A DNA stretch of 62,429 bases from Bdellovibrionales bacterium. GTDB taxonomy: Bacteria > Bdellovibrionota > Bdellovibrionia > Bdellovibrionales > UBA1609. The translations under genes and the position numbers were made by a program. The notes under the pieces are model-generated. The model worked only from the letters and a program-made list of their open reading frames with translations. It did not search any database and had not been told where the DNA came from. The stretch spans positions 1 through 62,429 of the forward strand of contig SKLV01000116.1 of NCBI GenBank assembly GCA_007121385.1, read 5' to 3'. Of the stretch, positions 28,601 through 37,629 are shown in pieces; the stretch's first letter is position 1, and each line of letters opens with the position of its first letter.

Positions 28601-29589
28601 ATTCGACTGGCCCCCGCCTCCCGATCTCCTGTGCCCTGAGCCGCACGACCAGCTCGGATCACTTGTTCAAGAGAGGAGACAGCATTACGCAACTGACCCA
28701 GTTTAAACTGACACCAAGCTAACTTATACAGAGCAAATGAATAGAGCCGAGACTCTCTTTTAGCGGCGACTTTTTGATAGTGAGTCGCTGCCTCCTGCCA
28801 GCGATTGTTCTCAAAGTAGTACTCCCCAAGGGCAAAATTACTTTCATCAACAAAAGGTGAGCGGGGGAACTCTCGTGACAGACGATTGTAATACTCGAGG
28901 CCCCTATTGATGTTGCCCATCTCAAAATGATTGTAGCCTAAAAAGAAGAGGGCCTGATCCACCTTAGGATCCTGAGGAAAATCTCTTAAAAACCACTCAT
29001 AGAGCTGGACAGCTCGACGGTTATACTCCTGAGCAGGCCGCAGATCCAGTTGGGGCATTCTGCGACTCCCTCTTTCCTGAGCTTCAGCCAGTTGTTTCTG
29101 GTGCTCGTTAAAAAGTCGGGACTGGATCAATCGCGCCTTGTCCACATACATCTCCGCCAGGCGCAGCCAGAGCTCTCCTCGCCGCGGGCTATTGCGAAAT
29201 TGCTGAGTGAGCTGGAAGAGCTGCTGAATTCCCTGATCGGTGATTTTTTCGAGCTCCGCCTCGTCAGTTCCCGGCTCAAAATAGAGAGCCTGCCGAGCGG
29301 GCGGCTGCACTTGACGCAGGTCCCGACGCTCCTGGCGAGCTGGCAGCTGTTGGGCTTGAGGCAATTCACTGCGCCCCCTTTTAAGCTGAGTGTCTTGGGC
29401 TTTTCTCTCAATCTCTCTGAGTAAGTCACTGACCGTTCTTTGCTGGCCGGCACTGCGATTGGGGGCAGCTCCCCGGCCCTGCTGACCCCAGAGGGTCTCA
29501 CTTAAAACAAAAGAGGCCCCAACAGCCACAGACAGGGCTATTGAGTGTATAGCTAAATTTTTAATTCGCTTCCTATTCCCTTCAGTCAC
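25654..29589 (-). CDS. Very large periplasmic TPR-repeat protein (GltD/AgmU-like)
   Basis: 1311 aa with an N-terminal signal/anchor, then TPR-like helical repeats throughout (many A/Y/L-spaced 34-residue units, e.g. ALFFLGYNHFEMGNINRGLEYYNRLSREFP). Confidence 0.85.
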   Translation of the reverse strand: MTEGNRKRIKNLAIHSIALSVAVGASFVLSETLWGQQGRGAAPNRSAGQQRTVSDLLREIERKAQDTQLKRGRSELPQAQQLPARQERRDLRQVQPPARQALYFEPGTDEAELEKITDQGIQQLFQLTQQFRNSPRRGELWLRLAEMYVDKARLIQSRLFNEHQKQLAEAQERGSRRMPQLDLRPAQEYNRRAVQLYEWFLRDFPQDPKVDQALFFLGYNHFEMGNINRGLEYYNRLSREFPRSPFVDESNFALGEYYFENNRWQEAATHYQKVAAKRESRLYSFALYKLAWCQFKLGQLRNAVSSLEQVIRAGRAAQGTGDREAGASRIRLANEALKDLVTFYAETGDFRRARQYFASVVGQRGVSGMVERLAYHYADRGQREAATFLFKDLIAERPTAPKAFDYQYQIITLLAGQGETPAFRQELGHWVDRFGPEGVWARANASNRELIVKSAALMETTLRNWILQQHQVAQNTRNPEVQRRAAGGYRMYFDTFKLTPKTHEMRFFFGELMFEMEEFEAAAASYLWVTENAPDSEYLEKATLNAILALEKRLPTPEEIRRIVGDTTQPLEFDRTIRAFEAASLRYFQITKDKESTIPIRYRLATLYYYYNQFDKAIPMFQQVIADSPKSEQAEFSANLILDSFNLRQDFSGLEKAAQQILAVPELAASPVGAQVTKIMQEASFSMAQEQEKAGDYLKSAESFEEFARKNPNSDLGVRAAYNAALNYEKGGNLVKAIAMYTAVLGTSGEAHAGLRRNSSRFVAALYEKTGQYSRAADAFESYANGNPRDQEAPAFYYNAAVIRDGMNFFQAAQRNYERYLELSRDANRWEALLLMGALQERQGRITQALGHYNQFMESNSPNGEAMVRSSFKIAQLNERLRRNKAASDAYARTIRIQRNLASRGENVGTAYAAEARFKQVYGTYEELRKIEIPRDPNRQAQAVNRKLALLEKLKEELRSVIAYDDGPMVVAALTVLGQALQHKAAALVNAPIPSGLNEEELQQYRAGVEEIARPFQEEAVTNFRAALESSSRMEAYNQWTIIASSELRTLRPGESRDGGERVILTKIIDWMDSLTRSAISEEITRAELEALASARMGRSEEVMVEAASRILAKDPDHLLALNSLAMFSFQQGRPGLARIILNRALEKHPNQPGLYNNLGVIELSEKNLRAAITAFRRSLDVGRDYLFGATNLASIYLEHKDYSRAIAPLEQSFRSQRANVRRGEATALEIANNFAVALTGVGEFRRARDIYKDILDNDARNIAVLYNYAILLVERLQEFDEARGVISRVKFVADDPQILRRMDQLERALR

Positions 29590-31195
29590 AGCTCTGGGTT
29601 CCTACATAGTGATAGTTGCCAATTTCATCCAACCAGTACTCACCACGGAAAGGCCAGTACTCAAATCCATTTTGAATATAGTAGTCCCGGCGGGTTCCCT
29701 CATCGACTTGAGTCTGCGGTAGATCCCGGCCAGCAATTCGTTTTTGTAGGGCCTGCTTTTTGCCATTGATCATTTCAAAGCGAATAAAACCCTCTTGCTC
29801 GAACAGATCAAAAAGCTCAAGGCGAATGCTCTCCAAATGGGCTCGAATCTGACGGCCAGCCCTCTCCCGGGCTCTAGCAATACGGGTCTGTAAAACTCTC
29901 TGAGCATACTGACCCACTGCGGATTGGCGCCACTCGGCAGGCATCTCCACCACTCGTCTAGTTTCCTCCAAAAGGCGAGAGATATAGTTGTAAGAGGTCT
30001 GGAAGTCGCCCTCTTTCATGATCCTTCGTCCGACCAAAAAGGGAATGAGATAGCGGGTCTCCTCAGTGGATCCATCATTGAGCTTTTGATCCCGAATCAT
30101 TCTCACCATCTCATTAAAATAGACCACGGGATCGTTGGTGGAATTCAAGGCCTGATCAATTTGTCGATAGACCGGTCGATAAATTTGATTAAACAGGTTT
30201 AAAACTTTTTCCATTTCATCGTATTTACAAATGTAGAGATAGACGATAGAGCGCAACAGTAGTGACTCAGGAATAAAAAAGTCTTCGTAATAAGAGGAGT
30301 GCAGCGAATGAAAGTTACTTAGAGCACTTCGGAATCGCCCAGACCTGAGCATGGCCCAACTGGACTCAAAGAGGGTGTCGTGCCAAGCCTCGGTGTCCCT
30401 GGGCACCTGGCGATAGACATCGAGAGCCCGATCCCAATTGCGCTGCTGATAGTAGACCCGGGCCATGCCCATCAATGCGGAAACTCTTGCGGAGTCTGTT
30501 GGCCCAAAGGCCCTGCGGCTGTCGAAGAGATCCTCAAAGGCACGCAGAGCCCGGGGAAGCTGGTTGGCCTGAGTCAATGCCAGCCCCTCCATGTACTTGG
30601 CTTTGGGAAAAAGTCCACTGGCCCTCTGGACTCGAGAAAAACTTCTGGCGGCCTCAGGAAATTGATTATTTCTCAACTGAAACTCACCAATTCGATAATT
30701 GAGCATATCTCGATGAATACGCGGAAAATCATCCACTCTCACGCGTCCCAAAGCGTAGTTAAGAAGAGTGTCATCACCGAGGTTGTCCGCCGCCAGAGAC
30801 AGCTTCTCCAAAGCCTGACGGAGGTACTGGGACTCACCTTGCCGAACCACACTGATAAACTGAAAGGCGGCCACCTGATTGAGATTCATTTCAAAAAGAG
30901 TCAAGCCTAAGATATAGCGAATTTGAGTGCGACGATTGCGAAAGCGAGGACTGTAGCTCAGCTGAAAGAGACTCATGGAGGCCTCAACATAATTTCCACT
31001 TCGCGCCATTTGAAGGGCTTGAACAAGAGGATTGTTGCCATCTGGGGCTGCAGCCCCTGCTCTGGCTGGAGCCCCAGGCCGACTGGGAGCCTGGGCGACC
31101 AAGAGCTCTTCAGCCCCACTGGAATTAGGGGCCGCCAGCCCTCCTATGAGAAGAACTGAGAGTAAAGTTGTCATTCTGAGCTTTCTTCTGATCAT
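29582..31195 (-). CDS. Periplasmic TPR-repeat protein (GltC/GltE-like)
   Basis: 537 aa with a signal peptide (LLSVLLIGGLAAPNSSGA) and TPR-like repeats in the N-terminal two thirds. Overlaps both neighbours, by 4 nt and 8 nt. Confidence 0.8.
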   Translation of the reverse strand: MIRRKLRMTTLLSVLLIGGLAAPNSSGAEELLVAQAPSRPGAPARAGAAAPDGNNPLVQALQMARSGNYVEASMSLFQLSYSPRFRNRRTQIRYILGLTLFEMNLNQVAAFQFISVVRQGESQYLRQALEKLSLAADNLGDDTLLNYALGRVRVDDFPRIHRDMLNYRIGEFQLRNNQFPEAARSFSRVQRASGLFPKAKYMEGLALTQANQLPRALRAFEDLFDSRRAFGPTDSARVSALMGMARVYYQQRNWDRALDVYRQVPRDTEAWHDTLFESSWAMLRSGRFRSALSNFHSLHSSYYEDFFIPESLLLRSIVYLYICKYDEMEKVLNLFNQIYRPVYRQIDQALNSTNDPVVYFNEMVRMIRDQKLNDGSTEETRYLIPFLVGRRIMKEGDFQTSYNYISRLLEETRRVVEMPAEWRQSAVGQYAQRVLQTRIARARERAGRQIRAHLESIRLELFDLFEQEGFIRFEMINGKKQALQKRIAGRDLPQTQVDEGTRRDYYIQNGFEYWPFRGEYWLDEIGNYHYVGTQSCD

Positions 31196-32028
31196 CGGTA
31201 AGTGGCCTCCGGAAAAAAGAAACTCAGGCCAAAGGCCAAGAGCAGATCATCCTGATTCACTCGACGCTGTTCACTCCCCACATCACTTGTGGATTGATAA
31301 AAGTTCCAATTGAGATCCCAGCGCAGCGCTAGAAATTTAGTGAGGGCAAAGACTTGGCCTGTGGACAGATGAACAGTGGGTTCAGAGCTGCCCGCCTCGG
31401 TCTTAGTGAGCCCCAGTCCAAAAGCGAAGTTAAAGTCAAAGGGTACAATGCGCTGATTGAGCCAGGTGATTTTCCCATAAATGGGGTTCCAGCGAAAAGC
31501 CGCCCCAGTGAAATTCTTAGCCGTCACCAGAGAGGCCGTGCTGATGTTAAGGGGATCTGAAGCCAGGTCTTTGGTAACAGCTCGCTGAGTGTTGGCCAGA
31601 AGCATATGAATGAATTCCACCCCATAGCGCTCCTGAAAGTAGTAGGAGGCCCGGGCGGCAAAACCGATACTATTGAAAAAGGGGTTGTTCAGTCCGGTGG
31701 CGCCAGAGGCGGTGAGTTCAAAGCGCTGAGTTTTGGGCAAAAATCGGCGCTGAATCACAGCGATATCCTCAAAGGGAGCCAAATCAGACAGCTCAGCCAA
31801 GCCAGGAACCTGGGTGCTTAGCCTCTGCCGGTCCTGGCGCAGACGCCTTTCCACTTGCTGCTGCTCGCGACGATCAAAATCCTCATAGAGGCCCTCGATT
31901 TCAGATTCTAAAGGCGAGGGCTGTGCCCCTCGGCGCTGGGGCTCCACATCGTCAAACTGGGCTTGAGCTCCTAGAGCTGCCAGAAGCATGGATATCAATA
32001 CTAAATGTCTTCCCGCTGTCCAATTCAT
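31192..32028 (-). CDS. Outer-membrane beta-barrel protein (GltA/GltB family-like), paralogue 2
   Basis: 278 aa. Signal peptide ending AQAQ, a charged linker, then alternating beta-strand pattern. Shares the motif PIYGKITW with the upstream paralogue (LFYGKISL). Confidence 0.7.
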   Translation of the reverse strand: MNWTAGRHLVLISMLLAALGAQAQFDDVEPQRRGAQPSPLESEIEGLYEDFDRREQQQVERRLRQDRQRLSTQVPGLAELSDLAPFEDIAVIQRRFLPKTQRFELTASGATGLNNPFFNSIGFAARASYYFQERYGVEFIHMLLANTQRAVTKDLASDPLNISTASLVTAKNFTGAAFRWNPIYGKITWLNQRIVPFDFNFAFGLGLTKTEAGSSEPTVHLSTGQVFALTKFLALRWDLNWNFYQSTSDVGSEQRRVNQDDLLLAFGLSFFFPEATYR

Positions 32029-32129
32029 TGCTGACTCATCGTTGGCTGAAGTTTATTTAAACTTTATCCTACTGCAAAGTTTCCCTAATTCCATTTTGTT
32101 AAGTCCCACCACCTCAGAAACTGGACCGT

Positions 32130-32903
32130 CTAGAGTAGATAAACCAGACCAAAGTTAATGAGAGTGTTAAAGTAAAGGTCCTCGCCAAAAGTAGAGGGGT
32201 CTGGAGCTGGACCACTGGGATTGAGAACCTGGGTGGTGGGATCAGGACCTCGATAGCTGAACAGACGAATATCAAACTTGAAGGCCAAGTCCGGAGTGAT
32301 AAAGATATTTTGCCCCACAGCTGCATGGGCCGCCAACTTGCTTCCAGCTCCCCGGCTAAGTCCCACAGCCCCAAAACCCGCCAGTCCGTAAATAGACAAA
32401 TTCATCACCAGCTGTTTGCTCAAGCTGATCTTACCGTAAAAGAGAGAGGCCTGATAGTTCAGGGTGGTCAACCCTTCAACCTGAGGGGCCAGAGAGGGAT
32501 CAAAGGGAGCGGGACTGCCACCCGGACCTCCAATGCTCAGTTGCTCACCATAAGTGGAAAGCCCGCCCAGCCACTGAGTGTGAGACAGCTGAAGCCCATG
32601 CACTTCCGAAAGATGATAGGCCCCATGGAGGGCAAAGTGACTGGGACCATAAAAGGGCTCATTTAAAGATAGGCCTCCACTGAGGCCCACTTCAAAGCGG
32701 CCCGTCTTTGTGACGAGGCGATTGCGAACACTCACTGAGTTGTCAAAAACCGGCAGCACTGTCTCCGCCGCCAGCTCATCGACAGAGAACTCAATCACAC
32801 TGGCCTGGAGGACACTTGAACTCAGCAAGAGTCCTGCCAGCAGGGCCGGGAATGTGATTTTAAAAATTAAACTTGAATAGAAAAATTGAAAAACAGCCGC
32901 CAC
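32130..32903 (-). CDS. Outer-membrane beta-barrel protein (GltA/GltB family-like), paralogue 1
   Basis: 257 aa. GTG start preceded by GGGAGGGGAG. Signal peptide (LLAGLLLSSSVLQA) and amphipathic beta-strand pattern. First gene of the cluster. Confidence 0.7.
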   Translation of the reverse strand: MAAVFQFFYSSLIFKITFPALLAGLLLSSSVLQASVIEFSVDELAAETVLPVFDNSVSVRNRLVTKTGRFEVGLSGGLSLNEPFYGPSHFALHGAYHLSEVHGLQLSHTQWLGGLSTYGEQLSIGGPGGSPAPFDPSLAPQVEGLTTLNYQASLFYGKISLSKQLVMNLSIYGLAGFGAVGLSRGAGSKLAAHAAVGQNIFITPDLAFKFDIRLFSYRGPDPTTQVLNPSGPAPDPSTFGEDLYFNTLINFGLVYLL

Positions 32904-32987
32904 AGCTCCCCTCCCTAGTTGCTGGACCTCTAAGAACTTAATTCAAAGGATAATGGAAGCTTATGGGCTTGACTAGGGAAAGGACAA

Positions 32988-33008
32988 AGCCCGACCTAAG
33001 GTCGGGCT
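32988..33008 (-). terminator. Rho-independent-type terminator hairpin after pyrG
   Basis: AGCCCGACC-TAA-GGTCGGGCT is a perfect 9-bp GC-rich stem 23 nt downstream of the pyrG stop. On the minus strand it is followed by TTGTCCTTTCCC, which is T-rich but not a clean U-run. Confidence 0.6.
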
Positions 33009-33030
33009 CTCTATGAATCAAGGTGGAATT

Positions 33031-34776
33031 TTACTTAAGCCCTCTTAAACCTTGAGTCTTCCCCTCTCTGCCCATGGAAGCACGTGCGGCCAAACTGGCA
33101 GCGACAAAAGTTTGAAAGAGAGGGTGAGGGGACATGGGCTTTGATTTGAATTCAGGGTGAAATTGCACCCCCACAAACCAAGGGTGCTCAGTGATCTCCA
33201 GAATTTCCACCAGATCTCTCTCCTCGCATACTCCAGACAAAGTCATGCCATGTTTTTCAAAAATGGGTTTAAACTTGTTGTTGAACTCGTAGCGGTGACG
33301 ATGTCGCTCTAGAATCATGGGTTTAGCGTAGATCTCTCGGGCCCGGCTGCCCTTGAGCAGATGGCAGGGGTAGGCTCCCAGCCGCATGGTCCCCCCCTTG
33401 TCCTTGATGCCTCTTTGCTCTTCCATAAAATCAATGACCAGGTTTCTGGCCCCCGGCCTGGGCTCAGAAAACTCCCGACTAGTGGCATCCTTAATTCCAC
33501 AGACATTGCGGGCGAATTCAATGGCTGCCAGCTGCATACCAAAACAGATGCCAAAGTAAGGGACTAAGTTCTCGCGGGCATAGCGAATAGCCAGCATCTT
33601 GCCCTCAGCCCCACGCACCCCAAAGCCTCCCGGCACAAGAATTCCATCTACAGCCCCCAACTGGGACTCCAAATTCTCGGAATTGAGCTTCTCTGAATCA
33701 ATGTAGACAATATTGACCTTAGTCCGGTTGGCAATGCCCCCATGAATTAGGGCCTCATTGAGAGATTTGTAACTCTCTTTAAGGTCCACATACTTGCCAA
33801 CAAGGCCAATTGAGACTTCACTCTCAGGATTTTTCAAAGTGTGCACCATTTGGGACCAGCCCTCAGTGGCCGGCTCAAGTGTCTGTAGTCCCAATCGATC
33901 CACCACTTTTTGATCCAAGCCCTCGCGGTGCAGAACCAAGGGGACCTCATAAATGCTCTGAGAGTCCGTGGCCGCAATCACATACTCCGGGCGAACACTG
34001 CAAAACAAACCAATTTTGGATTTCAAGTCTCGGGTGATTTCCTTTTCACTGCGACAAATCAGAAAGTCAGGCTGGATTCCCACCTCTCTCAACTCTTTGA
34101 CCGAGTGCTGAGTGGGTTTACTCTTCAGCTCACCGGCTGCGGCGATGTAGGGCACATAGGTGACATGGATAAAGATAGAGTTCTCTAGCCCCACATCCAC
34201 TCGCATCTGTCGAATGGCTTCAATAAAGGGCAGCCCCTCAATATCTCCCACGGTGCCGCCAATCTCCACAATGGTGACTTCAGCCCCCTGAGCGGCTTCA
34301 TAGATGCTGGATTTGATCTGATCTGTGATATGGGGGATGACCTGAACAGTTCCCCCTAAGTAATCTCCCCGCCGCTCTTTGGCGATCACTGTTTCATAGA
34401 TCTGTCCTGCAGTGATGCTGTTGGACCGGTTCACACTGACTTGAGTGAAGCGCTCGTAGTGACCTAAGTCCAAATCGGTTTCCGCTCCATCCTCGGTCAC
34501 ATAGACCTCTCCATGCTGAAGAGGGGACATGGTTCCTGGATCCACATTGATATAGGGGTCACACTTCATCAAGCTGACTTTAAGTCCTCGTGACTCTAAA
34601 AGAGTCCCTAAGCTGGCGGCCGAAAGCCCCTTGCCGATAGAGGAAACCACTCCTCCAGTGACAAAAATATATTTCGGGATAAGCGCTTTGTTAGTGGAAC
34701 GGATAGGGGAAGATTTTTTTTTGGTCCCCCGCTTTGGCCCAGTGGTCTTGGTTTTGGCTTTAGATTTGGCTTTCAT
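33031..34776 (-). CDS. pyrG: CTP synthase, with an unusual Lys-rich ~35-aa N-terminal extension
   Basis: 581 aa. [17 protein letters not shown]-loop region and GATase domain GICFGMQL...VQFHPEF. There is no in-frame ATG/GTG/TTG between the annotated ATG and the conserved KYIFVTGG. Confidence 0.97.
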   Translation of the reverse strand: MKAKSKAKTKTTGPKRGTKKKSSPIRSTNKALIPKYIFVTGGVVSSIGKGLSAASLGTLLESRGLKVSLMKCDPYINVDPGTMSPLQHGEVYVTEDGAETDLDLGHYERFTQVSVNRSNSITAGQIYETVIAKERRGDYLGGTVQVIPHITDQIKSSIYEAAQGAEVTIVEIGGTVGDIEGLPFIEAIRQMRVDVGLENSIFIHVTYVPYIAAAGELKSKPTQHSVKELREVGIQPDFLICRSEKEITRDLKSKIGLFCSVRPEYVIAATDSQSIYEVPLVLHREGLDQKVVDRLGLQTLEPATEGWSQMVHTLKNPESEVSIGLVGKYVDLKESYKSLNEALIHGGIANRTKVNIVYIDSEKLNSENLESQLGAVDGILVPGGFGVRGAEGKMLAIRYARENLVPYFGICFGMQLAAIEFARNVCGIKDATSREFSEPRPGARNLVIDFMEEQRGIKDKGGTMRLGAYPCHLLKGSRAREIYAKPMILERHRHRYEFNNKFKPIFEKHGMTLSGVCEERDLVEILEITEHPWFVGVQFHPEFKSKPMSPHPLFQTFVAASLAARASMGREGKTQGLRGLK

Positions 34777-34786
34777 CTTGTCTTTT

Positions 34787-35521
34787 TTACCTCTGTTTTT
34801 GCATCAACCGCTCAACTTTTTCCACATCTTCAGGCCTGTCAACACCCAAGGAATCAAGCTCTGTCAAAACCACCCGGATTCGCCCCCCCAACCAAAGGGC
34901 CCTGAGCTGCTCTAAGCTCTCCCCCCTCTCAATAGGGACAGGAGGCTGGGCACAAAATGTCTTAAGAAAGTCTTTGCGAAAGGCGTAGACCCCAATGTGC
35001 TTAAAACAAGCCTCTGGCCAATCGGCAAAACTCTGCCGAGAATAGGGAATGGGATAACGGCTAAAATAAATGGCCTCAGACTTTTGGTTCACCAGCACTT
35101 TAACCACATCCCGGCTCTCCAATTCGTCGGCCTGAAGAGGCCTCGCCAAGGTGGCCATAGGGAGGTCTCTGTCCGACAAAAAGGGCTCCACCAACTGATC
35201 CAAAGCCCAGCCCTGAAACAGGGGCTCATCCCCCTGGACATTGACCACCACATCAAAGTCCCTCTGGGCCACAGCCGCCCACACCCGATCACTGCCACTG
35301 GCCAAGTTGGAGTCCGTCATCACTGCCTCCACGGCAAGACTCTCGGCCAGCGCAAAAATCTCTGGATGATCTGTGGCCACGATCAGGGAGCTCATTGATT
35401 GACTCCCCTTAAGGCCTTCAACCACCCACTGCAGAAGAGGGCGACCTAAAATGGGAGCCAGAGGCTTGCCGGGAAAGCGAGTGGAAGCATAGCGGCTGGG
35501 TATAACGGCCACCACCTTCAT
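34787..35521 (-). CDS. kdsB: 3-deoxy-manno-octulosonate cytidylyltransferase (CMP-KDO synthetase)
   Basis: [22 protein letters not shown]-terminus, typical of KdsB. I use the ATG at 35521, which forms an ATGA overlap with the engB stop. The track start at 35548 would overlap engB by 31 nt. Confidence 0.93.
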   Translation of the reverse strand: MKVVAVIPSRYASTRFPGKPLAPILGRPLLQWVVEGLKGSQSMSSLIVATDHPEIFALAESLAVEAVMTDSNLASGSDRVWAAVAQRDFDVVVNVQGDEPLFQGWALDQLVEPFLSDRDLPMATLARPLQADELESRDVVKVLVNQKSEAIYFSRYPIPYSRQSFADWPEACFKHIGVYAFRKDFLKTFCAQPPVPIERGESLEQLRALWLGGRIRVVLTELDSLGVDRPEDVEKVERLMQKQR

Positions 35522-36111
35522 AAGAGCTCCTTTGGTGAGCGTATCCACTCTTTAAACACAAAGTCCTCCACTTCCTTCACTCCCAACTTTTTTTGCGCCG
35601 AGACCACAAAGACCTTTTGCACTCCCACAGCCCGATCTCGCAAAGCCTTTAAGGCCTTGGCCTTGTCATTTTGCCCTACCTTATCACTCTTATTGAGGAC
35701 CACAACCACTGGCAAGGAGCGCTGAGAAACCCAGTCCACAAGATCCTGTTCCTGAGATGTCCAAGAGCGGCGAATGTCCATGATCAGGAGCAGTCCCTGG
35801 AGGTTCTCCCGCACGGCCAAATAGGACTCCACCATGGAACGCCACTCCTGAACCTCATCCCCCGACCGAGAGGCATAGCCATAGCCGGGCATATCCACCA
35901 ATCGATAGTGCTCCCCAATGGAATAAAAGTTGAGAAGACGGGTTTTCCCTGGCTGCTGACTCACCTTGGCGATCTGGCCCTTGGTCAGAGCATTAATAAA
36001 GGAGGACTTTCCCGCATTGGAGCGCCCCACCAAAGCCACTTCTGGCTTTTCAGGAGGAGGGCAGCCTCTCAGCTCTTTGGCACTTTTTATAAATTGAATT
36101 GGCTGTGGCAC
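35518..36111 (-). CDS. engB: Ribosome biogenesis GTPase EngB/YihA/YsxC
   Basis: 197 aa with G1 GRSNAGKSS, G3 DMPGYG and G4 NKSDK. Confidence 0.9.
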   Translation of the reverse strand: MPQPIQFIKSAKELRGCPPPEKPEVALVGRSNAGKSSFINALTKGQIAKVSQQPGKTRLLNFYSIGEHYRLVDMPGYGYASRSGDEVQEWRSMVESYLAVRENLQGLLLIMDIRRSWTSQEQDLVDWVSQRSLPVVVVLNKSDKVGQNDKAKALKALRDRAVGVQKVFVVSAQKKLGVKEVEDFVFKEWIRSPKELL

Positions 36112-36243
36112 CCCTAGCCTCTATCACGGCGGGTCAAAATGGGCAAGCCAAGGGATTGTCCGAGACTGGAGACAATCTGTCCGAAAGCCTGCTCTCAAGC
36201 CTCTAAAAGCCACCCTAAAGCCCTTTTGACCTTGGCATAGACC

Positions 36244-37629
36244 TTGAAGATTCCATTTTTCAAGATGAACACAATCTCTCACAAAAGGAGTCTTCTCACT
36301 GTGTCTGCGCAAAAATTGAACTCAAGCCCGCTTTTTAGCCCTATTTCTGCCCCGGGCGCTCAATTGAGGCCCTGGGATTTCTCTTCCCTTGACTCTGCTC
36401 GGACCATTCTCTTTAAAAAGTCCCTCAGCCTGGGCAAGTCTCAGGACTGTGAGCTCAGCCTGACCGACCCTCTTGTCTGTCGCCACCACGCCCGCATTGA
36501 CTGGCGAGGCTCAGGATACTGTATACGTGATTTGGGGAGCTTGAATGGCACCTATGTCAATGGGACTCAGGTGATTGAAGCGCTGTTGACAGAAAACGAT
36601 CGAATTCGCCTAGGCAATACAGAGTTTCTCTTTCTCCAAAAAAACTCTCCTGTCGAACTCCATGACCCCCTTCTCTTTTCTCGCAATCCCAGCTGGAGAA
36701 GCCAGCTGATCAGCTTGCCCAACTTGGCTCAAACCGAACTCCCCCTTCTCATTCTGGGCGACTCAGGGACGGGAAAGGAGTTGTTGGCGAGAAGGGTCCA
36801 CCAGCTCTCCCGTCGGGCCAGCGGCCCATTTGTCAGCGTCAACTGCTCGGCCCTGAGTGAATCCCTTGTGGAAAGTGAGCTCTTTGGCCATCGCAAGGGC
36901 AGCTTCACAGGAGCTGAGAGGGATCGTCGAGGAGCCTTTGAAAGCGCTAAAGGGGGCACTCTCTTTCTGGACGAAGTGGGGGATTTGAGCTCGGGACTGC
37001 AGCCCAAACTGCTCCGCGCCCTGGAGAATCAGGAGGTCCGACCGGTGGGCTCAGATCGAACACTCACCACCGATGTCCGAATTCTGGCAGCCACTCACAA
37101 AAACCTGGCCGAACAGGTGGAAGCTGGAACTTTTCGCTTAGATCTCTACTATAGACTGAACGTCCTTTCTCTGTCTCCCCCGCCTTTACGAGAGAGGGCC
37201 GAGGACTTTGAAGACTTACTCTACCGCTTTGGAAGAGAGTACAGAGTGAGTTTCTCGATTCAGGCCATTCGCAGCTTAAAGTCCTATGCTTGGCCGGGGA
37301 ATATCCGTGAACTGAAAAATTTTGTAGCCCGCTGTGCAGCCTATTTAGGCCCTAAAAGTCGAGTTGAGGATTCTGATTTAAAGAGGTTCTTACAGCCACA
37401 GCCCTTTCCAACTCCAAGCCCAGCTTCGGAGGCTCAGAAGCCCTTTAGCAGGAGCGGCTCGGTGATTCGCGAAATAGAGAAAGACCTGATTCTCAGTCGC
37501 CTTAAGGCCAACCAGGGAAATCAAAGAAAGACGGCCTATGACCTGGGAATCCCCAAAAGCACCTTGAGCGATCGCATTAAAAGTTATGGGCTTAAGACCT
37601 CTGAAGACTTCAAGGCTTCATCACCATAG
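36244..37629 (+). CDS. Sigma-54-dependent transcriptional activator with an N-terminal FHA domain
   Basis: FHA ([26 protein letters not shown]...[14 protein letters not shown]). AAA+ with Walker [15 protein letters not shown]-type loop GSFTGA and [10 protein letters not shown]-terminal Fis-type HTH ([20 protein letters not shown]). The first ATG is at 36265; 36244 is a TTG. Confidence 0.9.
   Translation: MKIPFFKMNTISHKRSLLTVSAQKLNSSPLFSPISAPGAQLRPWDFSSLDSARTILFKKSLSLGKSQDCELSLTDPLVCRHHARIDWRGSGYCIRDLGSLNGTYVNGTQVIEALLTENDRIRLGNTEFLFLQKNSPVELHDPLLFSRNPSWRSQLISLPNLAQTELPLLILGDSGTGKELLARRVHQLSRRASGPFVSVNCSALSESLVESELFGHRKGSFTGAERDRRGAFESAKGGTLFLDEVGDLSSGLQPKLLRALENQEVRPVGSDRTLTTDVRILAATHKNLAEQVEAGTFRLDLYYRLNVLSLSPPPLRERAEDFEDLLYRFGREYRVSFSIQAIRSLKSYAWPGNIRELKNFVARCAAYLGPKSRVEDSDLKRFLQPQPFPTPSPASEAQKPFSRSGSVIREIEKDLILSRLKANQGNQRKTAYDLGIPKSTLSDRIKSYGLKTSEDFKASSP

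Noticed and set aside
32988-33008. A possible REP-like element family sharing GACCTAAGG/CCTTAGGTC hairpins (32988-33008, about 46985-47003, and 59195-59223)
   Set aside because: The shared core is only 12-16 nt. A back-of-envelope expectation for such matches among all position pairs in 62 kb on both strands is far above one, and the flanks do not align. The first copy is adequately explained as the pyrG terminator.
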